From the human T2T-CHM13v2.0 reference genome, Homo sapiens: DNA of 64,000 bases. Position 1 is the first letter of the stretch. Every line of letters begins with the position of its first letter. Both the position numbers and the translations under genes were made by a program. Of this stretch, positions 41,335 to 55,162 are shown piece after piece. The notes under the pieces were generated by a model, which worked only from the letters and a program-made list of their open reading frames with translations, did not search any database and was not told where the DNA came from. The DNA lies in NCBI RefSeq assembly GCF_009914755.1, contig NC_060930.1; one strand, 5' to 3'.

Positions 41335-41525
41335 AGTGCTGTCATTTATTGAGCACCTACTATTTACAAGTGTATGACAATAACACTACAAGGTAGAGGT
41401 GTCTCCATTTTTTCAGATGTGAATACTAGATGTGGAGAACTGGAGTAACTTGCCCACAATCACACAGATAATAAATGACTAAGCCAGGATTGGATCCCAG
41501 GTCTGTCTGGTTGACTGCTTTATTC
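41335..41525 (-). mobile_element. MIR
   Basis: catttattgagcacctacta...ttttcagatgtgaatact...taacttgcccacaatcacacag. Confidence 0.75.
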
Positions 41526-41875
41526 CTTAGATTAATGTATATTCCCTTTATCGAGCCCTGTATTCCAGTCCAGTCAAATTTGTCTATTCATTGTCCCCCA
41601 AACATGCTATTAGCTTTTGCTGTTATCCTTGGAATGCCTGACTCACCTGCATTAGTAATGAAATAGCCAACCAGAGCAACTTAAATAATAAAGACATAGT
41701 TATTTCACATAACAGAAAATTTGGTAGTGGACAGTCGTAGGATGGACAGAATGGCTCTTCAGTGTTACCAATGGCCCACACTTGTTCCTCTTTGTATTTT
41801 TGTCATCTTCATAGTTTTGGTGGTATCTCCCATATGTTCACTAGAAGGCTGATTCAGCTTTAAGAGTCATGTCTT

Positions 41876-42193
<318 letters not shown>

Positions 42194-42449
42194 TTACGTC
42201 TTCATAGGACAGGAATCCAGGCAGAAAGAAAGGGAGTGGGAGCAAAAGGCAAGAAAATATTTCCCAGAATTCAAGTGGGCAGAAGTAGACCTTAAACCCA
42301 TCCCCAGGTCCATCAGTTGCAGGCATCAGGGTTGTTATAGACATGATTTATTTCCAGAAGTGGGCACATTGATGTCTAAACAAAATTGGGGATCTGAAAG
42401 CCATCGGGAATGGGGGAATGACTTTGGGGAGAAACTTCAGGGTCTGCCA

Positions 42450-43184
42450 GACTTTGTTTTCTGTTGCTTATAACGTAATACCTAAAACTGGGTAATTTGT
42501 GTTTTTTAAATTTATTTTTATTTTTATTTTACTTTAAGTTCCGGGATACATGCGCAGAACGTGCAGGTTTGTTCCATAGGTATACGTGTGCCATGGTGGT
42601 TTGCTGCACCTATCAACCCATCATCTAGGTTTTAAGCCTCGCATGCATTAGCTGTTTGTCCTGATGCTCTCTCTCCCCTCCCCGTCCCCCGACAGACCCC
42701 AGTGTGTCATTCCCCTCTCTGTGTCCATGAGTTCTCATTGCTCAACTACCATTTAAGAGTGAGAACATGCAGTGTTTGGCTTCCTGTTCCTGTGTTAGAA
42801 ACTGGGTAATTTGTAAAGAAAAGGAATTTATTTCTTACATTATGAGGGCTAAGTCCAAGGTCAAGGTGCTATATTTGGCTAGGGCCTTCCTGCTTGCTGG
42901 TGGGCACTCTCTCCAGAGTCCCAAGATGGTGCAGAGCATCACATGGTGAGGGGGCTGAGAGTGCTGGCTCAGGTCTCTCTTCCTCTTCTTTAAAGCCACC
43001 AGTCCCACTCCTATGATAACCCATTCATTCATTAACCCATTAGTCCATGAATGGATCAATCTATTTATAAGGGCTGACCCTCATGACCCAATTACCTCTT
43101 AAAGGTCCCACCTCTCAGTACAGCCACATTGGGGATTAAGTTTCAACAGTAGTTTGAGAGAGGACAAGCACTCAAACCATAGCA
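42450..43184 (-). mobile_element. MST/MLT1A-type LTR split by an L1PA insertion
   Basis: aactgggtaatttgtaaagaaaaggaatttattt...acattggggattaagtttcaaca...aaaccatagca. Confidence 0.8.
42501..42798 (-). mobile_element. 5'-truncated L1PA (~300-bp 3' end)
   Basis: tactttaagttccgggatacatgcgcagaacgtgcagg; perfect 16-bp TSD aaactgggtaatttgt at 42485-42500 and 42799-42814. Confidence 0.95.
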
Positions 43185-43649
43185 CAGACCATTCATCCTT
43201 CGATGCTCAGATCAGGCACCATCCCCTACCCCAACTGTCTCCTCACCACACCAACTGCCATGGTCTCTCTTTTCACAGAATTCCCACAGGTATTGCCTCT
43301 ATGTAATGATTTGTAAATTGTAAATGATTTACTAGCCTTAAATCATTTACTGTCTTATGAGTTTTCAAGCCTGTATCTTTTCATCAGAAATCTATTGCGA
43401 GTGTCTTGTGCATAGAAGCTATGTCTTACGCATTGCTTGTCTCTCACATCTAGTATAAGGTAGACACACAGTGAATGTTTGCTTAAGACACAGAATGGCA
43501 CCTGGTCAGCACAGTCCCCCGATAGGCTATATGGTTACAGTCCTCTCTCTCGGATACCTAAACTCCTCATCAACCCTTTTCTCAAACACATAAAGGGGAG
43601 ATTTGAAAAATTAGTAGGTTGTTTTGAAAATGATGAGTATTTAAAATTG

Positions 43650-43964
43650 TTTTTATTTACTTATTTATTATTATTATTTTTTAAGACGGAGTCTTGCACT
43701 GTTGCCTGGGCTGGAGTACAGTGGTGCTATCTCAGCTCACTGCAGCCTCTACCTCCTGGGTTCAGGCGATTCTCCTGCCTCAGCCTCCTGAGTAGCTGGG
43801 ATTACATGTGCCCGCCACTGCGCCCAGCTAATTTTTTTATATTTTTAGTAGAGATGGGGTTTCACTATGTTGGCCAGGCTGGTCTCAAACTCCTGACCTT
43901 GTGATCTGCCCATCTCGGCCTCCCAAAGCGCTGGGATTACAGGCATGAGCCACTGCTCCCAGCC
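43650..43964 (-). mobile_element. AluS
   Basis: Antisense Alu with (TTA)n tail. Confidence 0.93.
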
Positions 43965-44891
43965 TAAAATTATTTTTGTAATACATGATATGCAACATCA
44001 GTAGACCTTGAAAACAGAGCCTGTTCTTCTGAGGTTAAGAGAAGTCTAATTCTGAGCAAAGTAGTTTAAAAGACTGTGGCTTGGTAATATGGCATCTTTC
44101 CTTCTATTGTAAAGAATTAAAAAAAGAAAAAGCATTTTCCATTCATCACTTCAGTGGTATTATTTGACACATTGAGATAATGATACCAGTTAAAAAGAAA
44201 TGTTGAGAATCCAACAGACCAAATCGTTGGATGAAGAGCTGTGTTTTGGGTGTAAACATGCAATTATGGCTTTCAAAATAACAAGCACACATTTCAATAA
44301 GATGGGCTGAGAAAGCAGCAGGATTATAAGCTGTTCTAGAATATAGTAAGTGGGTTGGAGAAGAGAGAAGGGAGACTGGGGCATCGGGTGGGAGACGGTG
44401 TTGAGATGTTCAGCCCACTCCTAGGACCTAAGCAATCTGTTTGTTGTTCGTTTCTTGTAAGATCATACCATAGAGTAATGAAGTTTTACTTCAAGAAAAT
44501 ACATCAGAATTGTATACATCAACCCCAAGGAGAAAAATTACTTATTAGTGTGATAAGTCAGATACTACACTGGGTAATTCACACACATCACTATTTTGTA
44601 ATTCTTCTAGCAATTCAACAAAATAGGTATTATTACCCCATTGTACTGATGGAAACACTGATTGTGCGGTTGGCCAAGCTTACAAAACAGTGGCAGACCT
44701 GGGATTCTTCCCCACAGCTGGCCGATTCTAAAACCTGGGTTCTTCCCTGCATTTCTCCTAATGCAGTGGTTTTTTGCCTTGACTGCAGATAAGAATCACT
44801 TGGAAGCTTTAAATACCGTTCCTACCCAGGCCACACACCAGACCAATTTAATTAGAATATCTGGGGTTCATCTTGCAATTTGCTCATTATG

Positions 44892-45301
44892 AAGCTTAGT
44901 TTGTTTTTGTTGCTATAAAGGAAATACCTGAGGCTGGGTAATCTACAAAGAAAAGAGGTTTATTTGGCTCATAGTTCTGCAGACTGTACAAGAAGCATGG
45001 TGCCGGCATTGGCTTCTGGGGAGGGCTTCAGGGAGCTTCCACTCTGACAAAGAAGAAAGGGAGCAGGCATCATGTGGCAAGAGAGGAAGGAAAAGAGATA
45101 GGGGAGGGCGGTGCCAGACTCTTCAACATCCAGATCTCACAGGAACTAGAGTGAGAGCTCACTCAATGCCACAAGAATGGCACCAAGCCATTATAAGGGA
45201 TCCACCTCATGACCCAAATACCTCCCACCAGGCTCCACCTCCAACATCAGGGATCAAATTTCAATATGAGGTTTGGAGGGGACAAATACCCAAACTATTA
45301 A
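44892..45301 (-). mobile_element. MSTB-like solo LTR
   Basis: ttgctataaaggaaatacctgaggctggg...gggatcaaatttcaatatgag. Confidence 0.85.
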
Positions 45302-45746
45302 TATACCAGAGGCCTTGGGAAATTATGAATGAAAAAAAGTATATAAATGGAAAATTACAGAAAACAGCATAATGAGCTTACCTCCCAGCTATATCCAATC
45401 TCAGTCAAAAGTTGTGCTATATTAGTTTATTTCTCTTAATAATTAACTTTGTACCCCTTTCTTACCCTGTTATCCTCTCTCTTCAGAGTTATTTATCATT
45501 CTTCTGTGCACTGTATTGCCTTACTACGTATGTATTTACTAAAGTGTAGGTGATTTCTAACTTTGTGTAAATGGTACATATACCACACAACTTTCTGTAA
45601 CATGATTGTTTTTGTTGTTGTTTCACGTTATGTTTTTGAGATTTATCCATGTTGACACAAGTAGCTGTGTGGTATTCCATTGCATATACCACAAATGTGG
45701 TTTTTCCAACCTTTCACTTCCACCAATGTTATCAAAACAGTTTCAG

Positions 45747-46033
45747 GGCCAGGCGCAGTGGCTCACACCTGTAATCCCAGCACTTTCAGAGGCCAAGATG
45801 TGAGGATTGCTTGAGCCCAGGAGTTTGAGACCAGTCTGGGAAACATGCCAAAATTCTGGCTCTACAAAAAATACAAAAATTAGCCTGGTGAGGTGGCTAA
45901 CACCTGTAGTCCCAGCTACTCAGGGGCCTGAGGCGTGAGGATGGCCTGAGCCTGGGATGTTAAGGCTGCAGTGAGCCGAGATCATCAGCCTTGATGACAG
46001 AGCGAGATCCTGTCTCAAACAAACACCCAAAAC
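45747..46033 (+). mobile_element. AluJ (within an old L1 remnant, ~45450-46530)
   Basis: gattgcttgagcccaggagtt; aggctgcagtgagcc. Confidence 0.9.
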
Positions 46034-46533
46034 CAGTTTCTGTTTCTTTATGTTCTTGACAATCCTGGGTATTATCAAATTTTAATTTTTTACCAAACTG
46101 ATGGGTGTGGAATGGTTTAAATTGCTTTAATTTGCATTTCCCCAATTATTAACTGATTTCAGCAGTTTTTCCATATGTTTCTTGTTTTTTCATGTAATTT
46201 GCTCATTTTTCTTTTGGCTTGTTTGTCTTTTCCTCATTGGTCTTCAGGGTATTATTGTGTGAGCTGTTTGCTCATCTTTTGTCAGTTAGACACACTGCAA
46301 ATATCATTTCCAGCTTGTGGCTTGTCTTTTCAATTTGTAGTGTTTATTGGTGAAATGAAGACTTCAAATTTGATGCAGTCAAATGCATTCATCTTTTCCT
46401 TCATGGTTTATAAGTTTAAAAACTTTAAAAGAAATCCTGCTATACTCTGAGGTTATCAAATTTGCCTATATCATTTCCTCAAATTTTACACATTTCTATA
46501 TGCAGGTCTTTAATCACCTGGAGTTGTTTATTT

Positions 46534-46925
46534 TGTATTAGGTAGGACAGACTAGGTTATACCAAAGAAACAACCCCAAATCGCAGAGGTTTAACCCCAA
46601 GTTGTGTCTCATTTATACAAACTGCATGTCCACTGTGGGTTTGCAGGCGTCTCTGCTCATCAGAGTCCCTGAGGGATGCAGGTTGAAGGATGCTTTTCTA
46701 GACAGGGGCATCTGAAATGCCTGCAGCAAGGAGGGGGTGTGGAGAGTCATATACATGGCGCTTTGGTTCTGCTTGAAGGTAACACACATTTCTTCTGATC
46801 AGTTTCAGCAGCCAAAGCAAGTCACAGGGACCAGGTCTAGCTTCAGAGGGGACAAAGAGGTACAACCCCATCCTGGGCCCAGAAGGCAGATACAGTTGGT
46901 GCATTGGGTGAACAGCCCTAATAAT
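46534..46925 (-). mobile_element. Old MLT1 LTR
   Basis: tgtattaggtaggacagactaggttat...gccaaagcaagtcacagggacc. Confidence 0.65.
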
Positions 46926-47206
46926 GACTCATAACTTTGAAGTAAGAAATTAATTTTTATGGAAATAATCAATAGCATCAGCTATTTTTGGAATCTCCAG
47001 TACTTCTTGGTCTGTAACATCACCTGTCACTTACCAAGTTTTCAGGTTGGTGTGAGTTTTCTGGCTTTCTCTTCTGTGTCATTGTTCTACTCGTTCGGTT
47101 CTGTGATGACTCCCCAGTGTTAATCACAGGAGCTTCATGCAGCTATTAATCTGATATCTTGCAGTAAGAGACCCCTAACCTGACTGTCTCCTTTAAAACG
47201 ATGTTA

Positions 47207-47330
47207 CCTGGGCTTGGTGGCATGCTCCTGTAGTCCCAGCTATTCAGGAGGCTGAGATGGGAGAATCGCTTGAGCCCAGCAGTTCTGAGCAACATCGCAA
47301 GACCCTGTCTCAAAAAACAAAACAAAACTA
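47207..47330 (+). mobile_element. Alu monomer (FLAM_A/FRAM-like)
   Basis: ctgggcttggtggcatgctcctgtagtcccagc...gaccctgtctcaaaaaa. Confidence 0.8.
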
Positions 47331-48697
47331 CAAAGAGTAAATTTGTTTCTGCTCATCCCAATATTTTGCTTTTGCTATGAATTTCTAAATCAGTTTGTCA
47401 AGTTTTATGAAGTCCATCTTAGAAGTTTGTCTCGTGCTCCACAGCAAGCACTTACCAGTGCCAGGATGTGAGCCTAGGATACTGATTCCCATGGGGAAAA
47501 GCAGCAGCATTGCCTCTGAGCTGCTGCTAGCAAGCCAGGAGAGCGTAATTGTCTTGTGTTCTCCCCAAGCTCCTTTAGTGCATTGGGTCTTACTTTTGTA
47601 ACTTCTACAGCATGGGGCTGTCCAGAGGAAACAGCACTTGGTAAACATTTATTGGGTTTAACTAAATGTGAATGTGTGAGACAAGAAGTCTAGATGCACC
47701 CAGCAGAGAGGGTCTCAGAATATTAACAGCCCCGGGGGGTGGAAACACAGAATCTGCTTCCTCCAATGAAGTGGCCTGATCTCGTCACTAAATATTGGAA
47801 GGAGGCCACGTTACAGAGCAGAGACTGAATTTCTCATCCACATCCGGAGCCAGGCATTCTGGAAATGAGGTCTGTTTGCCACCTCTCCCCAAAGCATTGA
47901 TCTCTGATCATGAGTCATTAGCCCCCAAGCACCTCCTCCCAGCTGGCTCATAAGAATTAATCAGCTTCATCACTGCAGTCATTCCCCTCGGGGAAAATGG
48001 TCAGCGTATACACAACAAATCCTTGTTGAATTGGACTGAAGGGAGTCTAGCTGTTAATCTCTCCTCAAATATGGCTGGTTGGAGAAAAAGGAATGTAACG
48101 GAACATATCAAAGGAGATGTCTCTCCTGGCCGCTTGACAACTCTGGTGGGATCTTCCCATGACCAGCGCTGCTGTATGACTCACGGCTCCACTTCTTTCC
48201 CTGCCCTTTTGTGGCAGGAAGGGAAGATGCTGTGCTTCTCACTCATGAATTGTGCTTCTTATGACTCAGTCGGCCAGCCTGTTAGCATTGATTTGTTCTT
48301 GGTGGACACCGTTGGGCAGAAGGCCCTGCTAACCACAGAAGCGAGGGTGAAGTGTGCGCTCACCACCATCAGCAAGGTCAAAACTCAGAGGCTGTTTATT
48401 TCCATCCAAGTGCCTCATACTTTTGCTGCCCCAGGTGAATGATGGTGCCTTGATTATGGGCCAAGAGGCAGATGCATGCATGCTTTTCCACACAGCACCC
48501 TTTTATTGAATGCAAAATAGAACTTTAAAGAAAAAAAATGGTGAAGTTTAACGTTAGTCGGTTTTACTAATAACTGTATTACAAAAGCTTGGTACTACAT
48601 GAAGTGTAATAATTGGAGCTATTCAAGTAACGGAAGGTGTTGCCCCGAGAACAGTGAGGTCCCATCACTGGACGTGTTCCACGGAGACTGCTGAAGG

Positions 48698-50087
48698 TGA
48701 GAGGTGACAGCGGGCTGGCAGCCCTGGCTCGCTCTCGGCGCCTCCTCGCTTTGGTGCCCACTCTGGCCGCGCTTGAGGAGCCCTTCAGCCCACCGCTGCA
48801 CTGTGGGAGCCCCTTTCCGGGCTAGCCAAGGCCGGAGCCGGCTCCCTCAGCTTGTGGTGAGATGTGGAGGGAGAGGCGCGGGCGGGAACCGGGGCTGCGC
48901 GCGGTGCTTGCAGGCCAGCGCAAGTTCTGGATGGGCGTCGGCTTGGCTAGGCCCCGCAGTCGGAGCGGCCGGCCAGCCCCGCTGGCCCCAGGCAGTGAGG
49001 AGCTTAGCACCTGGGCCAGCAGTTGCTGTGCTCGATTTCTCGCTGGGCCTTAGCTGCCTCCCCACGGGGCAGAACTCGGGAGCTGCAACCTGCCATGCCT
49101 GAGTCTCCCTCCCGCCCGCCCGCGGTGGGCTCCTGCGCGGCCCTAGCCTCTCAGACGTGTGCCGTCCCCGCTCCACGGCTCCCAGTCCCATCGACTGCCC
49201 AAGCGGTGAGGAGTGTGGGTGCACGGCCAGGACTGGCAGACAGCTCCACCTGCAGCCCCACTGGGGTAGCAACTGGGTGAAGCCAGCTGGGCTCCTGAGT
49301 CTGGTGGGGACTTGGAGAATCTTTATGTCTAGCTAAGGGATTGTAAATACACCAATCAGCACTCTGTATCTAGCTCAAGGTTTGTAAACACACCAATCAG
49401 CACTCTGTGTCTAGCTCAGGGTTTGTGAATGCACCAATGGACACTCTGTATCTAGCTAATCCAGTGGGGAGGTGGAGAACTTTTGTGTCTAGCTCAGGGA
49501 TTGTAAATGCACCAATCAGCACCCTGTCAAAACGGACCAATCAGCTCTCTGTAAAGCAGACCAATTGGTTTTCTGTAAAATGGACCAATCAGCAGGATGT
49601 GGGGGGGGGGGGGGCCAGATAAGAGAATAAAAGTAGGCTGCCCCATGCCACAGTGGTAACTCTTTTGGGTTCTCTTCTACCGTGTGACAGGTTTGTTTAT
49701 TAATTGTTTTTGGTAAGTTTTGTTGCTGCTGGTTGTGGGGGGTACGTACTGCTTTTTTTGAGCTGTAGTATTTTTGGGAAAGGTCTTGTAGTTTCACTCT
49801 TGAAGTTAGTAAAACCACTGAACCTACTGGGAAGAAGGAACAACTTCAGACTCTTATACTTAAGAGCTGTAACTTTCATCTGGAAGGTCTGTAGCTCTAC
49901 TCGTGAGCAAGCGGGACCACTGAACCCCCCCAACCACCAATTAACGAATGAAACTCCTGATATATCCGAACCTCAAAAGGAACGAACTTTGGATATACCA
50001 CCTTTAAGAACTGTAATGCTCACCGTGAGGGTCCGTGGCTTCATTCTTGAAGTTAGTGAGACCAAGAACCCACCCATGCTGGACACA
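48698..50087 (+). mobile_element. Solo LTR12 (LTR12C-like, ERV9)
   Basis: TGAGAGGTGACAGC...GGACACA termini, 4-bp TSD AAGG, CpG-rich 5' U3, tandem CCAAT enhancer repeats. Confidence 0.96.
49320..49635 (+). promoter_or_regulatory. LTR12 enhancer/promoter: seven CCAAT (NF-Y) boxes, GC box expanded to G14, AATAAAA TATA-like box
   Basis: CCAAT near 49352, 49393, 49434, 49512, 49537, 49561 and 49585; G run 49601-49614; aataaaa 49626-49632. Matches the known ERV9 LTR layout. Confidence 0.8.
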
Positions 50088-50095
50088 AAGGGAGC

Positions 50096-50098
<3 letters not shown>

Positions 50099-50137
<39 letters not shown>
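50099..50137. repeat. (TA)19 microsatellite
   Basis: Read directly from sequence. Confidence 0.95.
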
Positions 50138-50139
<2 letters not shown>

Positions 50140-50199
50140 ACGTTGGGAAAGAAATCTATGTTATGGAGGAAGTTAGACCAAATAGTGTCTAGGACCCCT

Positions 50200-50625
50200 T
50201 CTATATTTTCCTGAAGTTGCTGTGACGTAGCGGAAACCCAGGGCTTAAACAACAAAATTTATTTTTCTCTTTTTCTGGAGGCTCGAGGGCTGAAATCAAT
50301 GTTTGGGCAGGGACAAGCTCCTTCTGATGCCCCAGGGAAGGCTCTGCTCCAGCCTCTTTCCAGCTTCTAGTTCTCTGGCTTGTGGCGGTGTTGTTCCAGC
50401 TTTTACGTGGCATTCTCCCTGTATGTATGTCTGCATCTAGATTTCTCCTTAAAAGGTCACAAGTCCTGTAGGATTAGTTTTCCTCTGGCGTGAGTTCATC
50501 TTGACTAATTACATGTCCAACAACTGTATCTTCGAATTAAGTTTCAGATAAGGCCACATCCTGAGGTAAGAGGGGCTAGGACTTGAACATACGAATTTGC
50601 AGGGGACACAATTTAACCCATAACA
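50200..50625 (-). mobile_element. MLT1B/C LTR
   Basis: ggcttaaacaacaaaatttatt...tctggaggct...ggggacacaatttaacccataaca. Confidence 0.8.
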
Positions 50626-52514
50626 CTTTCCAACTCTGCAATTTGATTGACCAGAATAAAGACATATACAAGTATAACTAAAATAAGGCACCCATTTACG
50701 CTATTCGTAGCCGTTTTTAGTTAACTGCGCATCTAAACTTGGCATTCACGTGTCTGGTCTTAAAGAGAACGTGTGTTTTTTTCTTATCCTGAATTCCTTT
50801 CAGAAGACCTTTCACTGTCCATATTCCATTAGCTCCATGGAGGACTTACTTCCTGCAGGCTCTGCTTGCCTCCCACAAGAGATTCTTTGCCTTGATTGCA
50901 CTTAATAGAAGTATAATCTGGCCTTCAAATCACCCGTTCATTTGATTTTCCCAGTAATCCCTTTGCTCTCTGTGTCTGCATTTGCCAGCTGGGTCTAGAG
51001 CTGACTTTTTCCCATCTGAAGGGAGGATGCTTCCCCCGTTAACATTCGCTTTTCTTCCTTTGAACCGTGAGGGTGTGTGGATGATCCCTCAGGACTTAAA
51101 CCCCGACAAACCTCAGCAACACCAGAACATCGCTTTCCAATCCCTCCTTAATCAGAACGTAATGAAACTTTGAAACAAAAGCTTTTCAAATTAGATGAAT
51201 GATTCCATCACAGGAGATCAAAGGCAGGACAGCTAATTAGGACAAAATCTTGTCCACAGAGTTTCTCTGGTAATAATGGAAATATTCTTCTTATCATATT
51301 ACAAGAAAAATAGGAAAATTCATATATCCGGTATAATTTCAACTGTGGGGACAAAACAGAAAAAGGGCTGTAGTGACTCCAGGGAACGTGTGAACAGTGG
51401 TTATCAGCGGATCACAGAATGCAGGTGATTTTAATTTTTTTCTTTTCTACTTGCCAGTATTTTTCAGATGTCTTTCAATTGCCTGTGTTTCTTTTATCCT
51501 TTCTCTTTCTTTTGTTGATGAAGGCACAAGGATAGAAGTTCCTGCTCCTCCAAGGTGTCATATAACCCGTCGGGCTCAGCCCTCCAATAATTGAAAACGT
51601 TCCCTCAATAACTGGTTGAATAGCTGTAGAACAAAGGTGGTTTGAGCTGTAGAGTTTCGTATAAGAAATAATGTAGAATGGCCATTTATCTCATTTTCTC
51701 ATCCAATTTACACTTCCAATGCATGTCATATGCCATAGGTCATGATGAAGTTGTGTTCAGGAGCCCAAGGTTAGATGAAAAGAGGAGTTTAGGTGAGGGC
51801 CACAAAGCTGCTAGTGATGGAAGCCAGTTGCACAGGCTACAGTCTTCTAAATTGTTTCCATAAAAGAAACTTGTGAATTTTGGTACTGGAAACCAACAAA
51901 CTGGGGGAACATGAGTGGAGGGAGATAGGAGGACTGAGCCTAGTTTCCTGACCAGCCCTCTTGCTTGATTTATGTAGAGCTGTGTGATAACTAAGGCCCA
52001 GATTGGAATACATTTTATTATTTCAAATTCCAGCATGAAAGCAAAAGTCAGTGCATTCCTTCAACCCATTGCAAATCTTCATAGCAACAGAAATAGGTGG
52101 GCCTCCCAGGTATGAATGATAAAGAGCCATTGAGGGCATTAAGACACTACCCAGCTGCCACGACTTTTCTCAGAAAAACCTTCTGTTCCTGCCCTCAGTG
52201 AGGAACTCCACAGTAAACTGTTCTGAACACAAGAAAAATGGAAATTCATCTCCTCAAGATTTTTATTTTATGACCTAAACAGAGAACCCCAGGCTACTTC
52301 CAAGAATGCGTCTAGATGGGTAGCCAAGAGCTTTCTAGTGATGAATTCTCAGAGTAGTGCTAAGAGAAACGCAGGTGTTTCTATTAATGATGATGGGCAC
52401 ATGGGCATGCTCCTTGTTCTACTTGAATGCATCCTTTACGCAGCATAAAAATAAGGACCACACACATCTGCTGCCCTAAATTTGAGGAAAGCATTTCCAG
52501 TAGAAAATTGGGTT

Positions 52515-52822
<308 letters not shown>

Positions 52823-53565
52823 GGGTTCTTTTCTTGAATCACCCCAATGAGGACTTTTCTGTGGAACACAGAATGTCACAGAATTGACTTTTTTTGTCCC
52901 AAGTGAGGGGTGTATCCCACTTTGACTGCACAGTCATGGAGTTAAAGCCTAGAGTAGAGGAGGTAATTTGCACCTTAGCGTTGAGATTTTATTGAATAAT
53001 ACCATTTGCTTTTTTCACACAGGAAAATATCCATTTCTATCTTTAAACTGATCTGAAAATTTAGGACCAGAGTGGAAGTCAACACTGGCCCTGCGTGTAG
53101 TTTCAGAAAAGGCGCCTCCTGGACCTGCCGCACTTTGATACCCTCCTTTGCACACCCCATTTCATTTGTCCTGCTATCAACTTGACATCAGCATTTCCAC
53201 ACCCAAATATCCCTTATATGCTCTTCTGACAGTGAGGATGTTTGCTCCCTACTGAAACAGAGTTTAGAACTCACACCTTGTTAACAGGTTGTCAAAATTC
53301 GTTTTGCTAGTCTATTGTTTTTCTTCTAATACAAAAAGATTTGCTGATTTGTTCTTTCGGATTATTATACCACATTTCCTCTGTGTCTAAGCCGTGCTTG
53401 AAAGAACAGGTGCGGCAGTTACCTTGGGAAGGTCCTTCTAGCGAAATATCGAGTCTATCATTTTGTGAATTGCCGTCCCACCCCTCCGCATCCCTCCCCT
53501 TTCCCTTTCCTCCCCACCCCGTCCCCCCCATTTCATTCGCTTTCTTCCTCTCTTCCAAGTAATAA

Positions 53566-53925
<360 letters not shown>

Positions 53926-54002
53926 TGAATTTCTATAGACGATTTATCCTTATCTTGTCCTGCACTCTCATTTGAATTTTCCCAATGTAAAAGTTTCATT
54001 TT

Positions 54003-54300
54003 GGCCGGGCAAGGTGGCTCATGCCTATAATCCCAGCACTTTGGGAGGCTGAGGCAGATTACCTGAGATCAGGAATTCGAGACCAGCCTGACCAATATAG
54101 TGAAACCCCGTCTCTACTAAAAATACAAAAATTAGCTGGGCATGGTGGCATGTGACTGTAGCCCCAGCTACTCAGGAGGCTGGGACAGGAGAATTGCTTG
54201 AACCTGGGAGGCGGATGTTGCAGTAAACCAAGATCCTGCCACTGCGCTCCAGCCTGGGCAACAAAGTGAGACTCGTCTTAAAAAAAAAAAAAAAAAAAAA
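54003..54300 (+). mobile_element. AluS
   Basis: Full Alu with poly-A; TSD aaaagtttcattt/aaaagttccattt. Confidence 0.95.
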
Positions 54301-55162
54301 GTTCCATTTTGAGGACTCTCCCTCTTTCTGCATCCACTGCAGACATTTTTCAGAGCCTGTTGCTGGTAACTTTCTTCACAGAACACTGATGCTTTGTTGG
54401 TGGCTGGGAAGCCAGTGGAAGCTTTTTCAGGGTGGCTGCCTTGATCTTCTCATTGAAAACAGTATACTGCTGACTGTGATTCCTACTGTTATGGGAGAGA
54501 GATGAAGTTTTTTCTTTTTCTCTTTCTTTTATATTCTTTTAAAAAACCTGACAATTTTCTCCAACCCACCTGAGATCTAATTTTAACTTCATGATCCTTT
54601 ATATGTTTTGACATTCTAGAAATCAAAATGTCAGCGAGATGATCTCCTGGCAGAGTTTGATCAGTTATTACACAGACTTTACCAAAATAGCGATTAGTCT
54701 TGCCTGTCTGTTTTCTGTGGAAGGGGGACTTAAAGGATGGGTTGAGCTTTAAGTCTCTACAGGGGGATAGCATGGCAGAGGAATTCAGTCTGAGATCTTA
54801 TCCGGCTCTGTCACTTACTACTTCTGTGTTCAGAGGAAGCCATTGGCCTTCTCTATCTCAGTTTCCCTGCCTGTAAAATAATCATAAAGGTCCTTTTCTA
54901 ATTGGATGTTTGCTCCATGCCCATTTTTTACTTAATAGCAAGCTCCTTCAGTCATCTCTCTGAGATAAAGTCAGATAAAGTTTAGGGAGTCAGAAAAGAA
55001 AATGAGGGGTGTTAAGTGTCTCAGCCTTGTGTTAGAGGCCTGATTTTCCATCATCACTCAAAAACATTTGTTAGGGACTGATTTGTGGTGGACCCTGGGC
55101 TGCTGTCCCCATTTCTCTGTGCAGCATGCCTTAGGGCTGTAGGAAGTCTTTTTTGGGTTTCT

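Noticed and set aside
48704-50192. GC-rich ORFs and apparent CpG island
   Set aside because: Explained by the LTR12; not a host-gene promoter or CDS.
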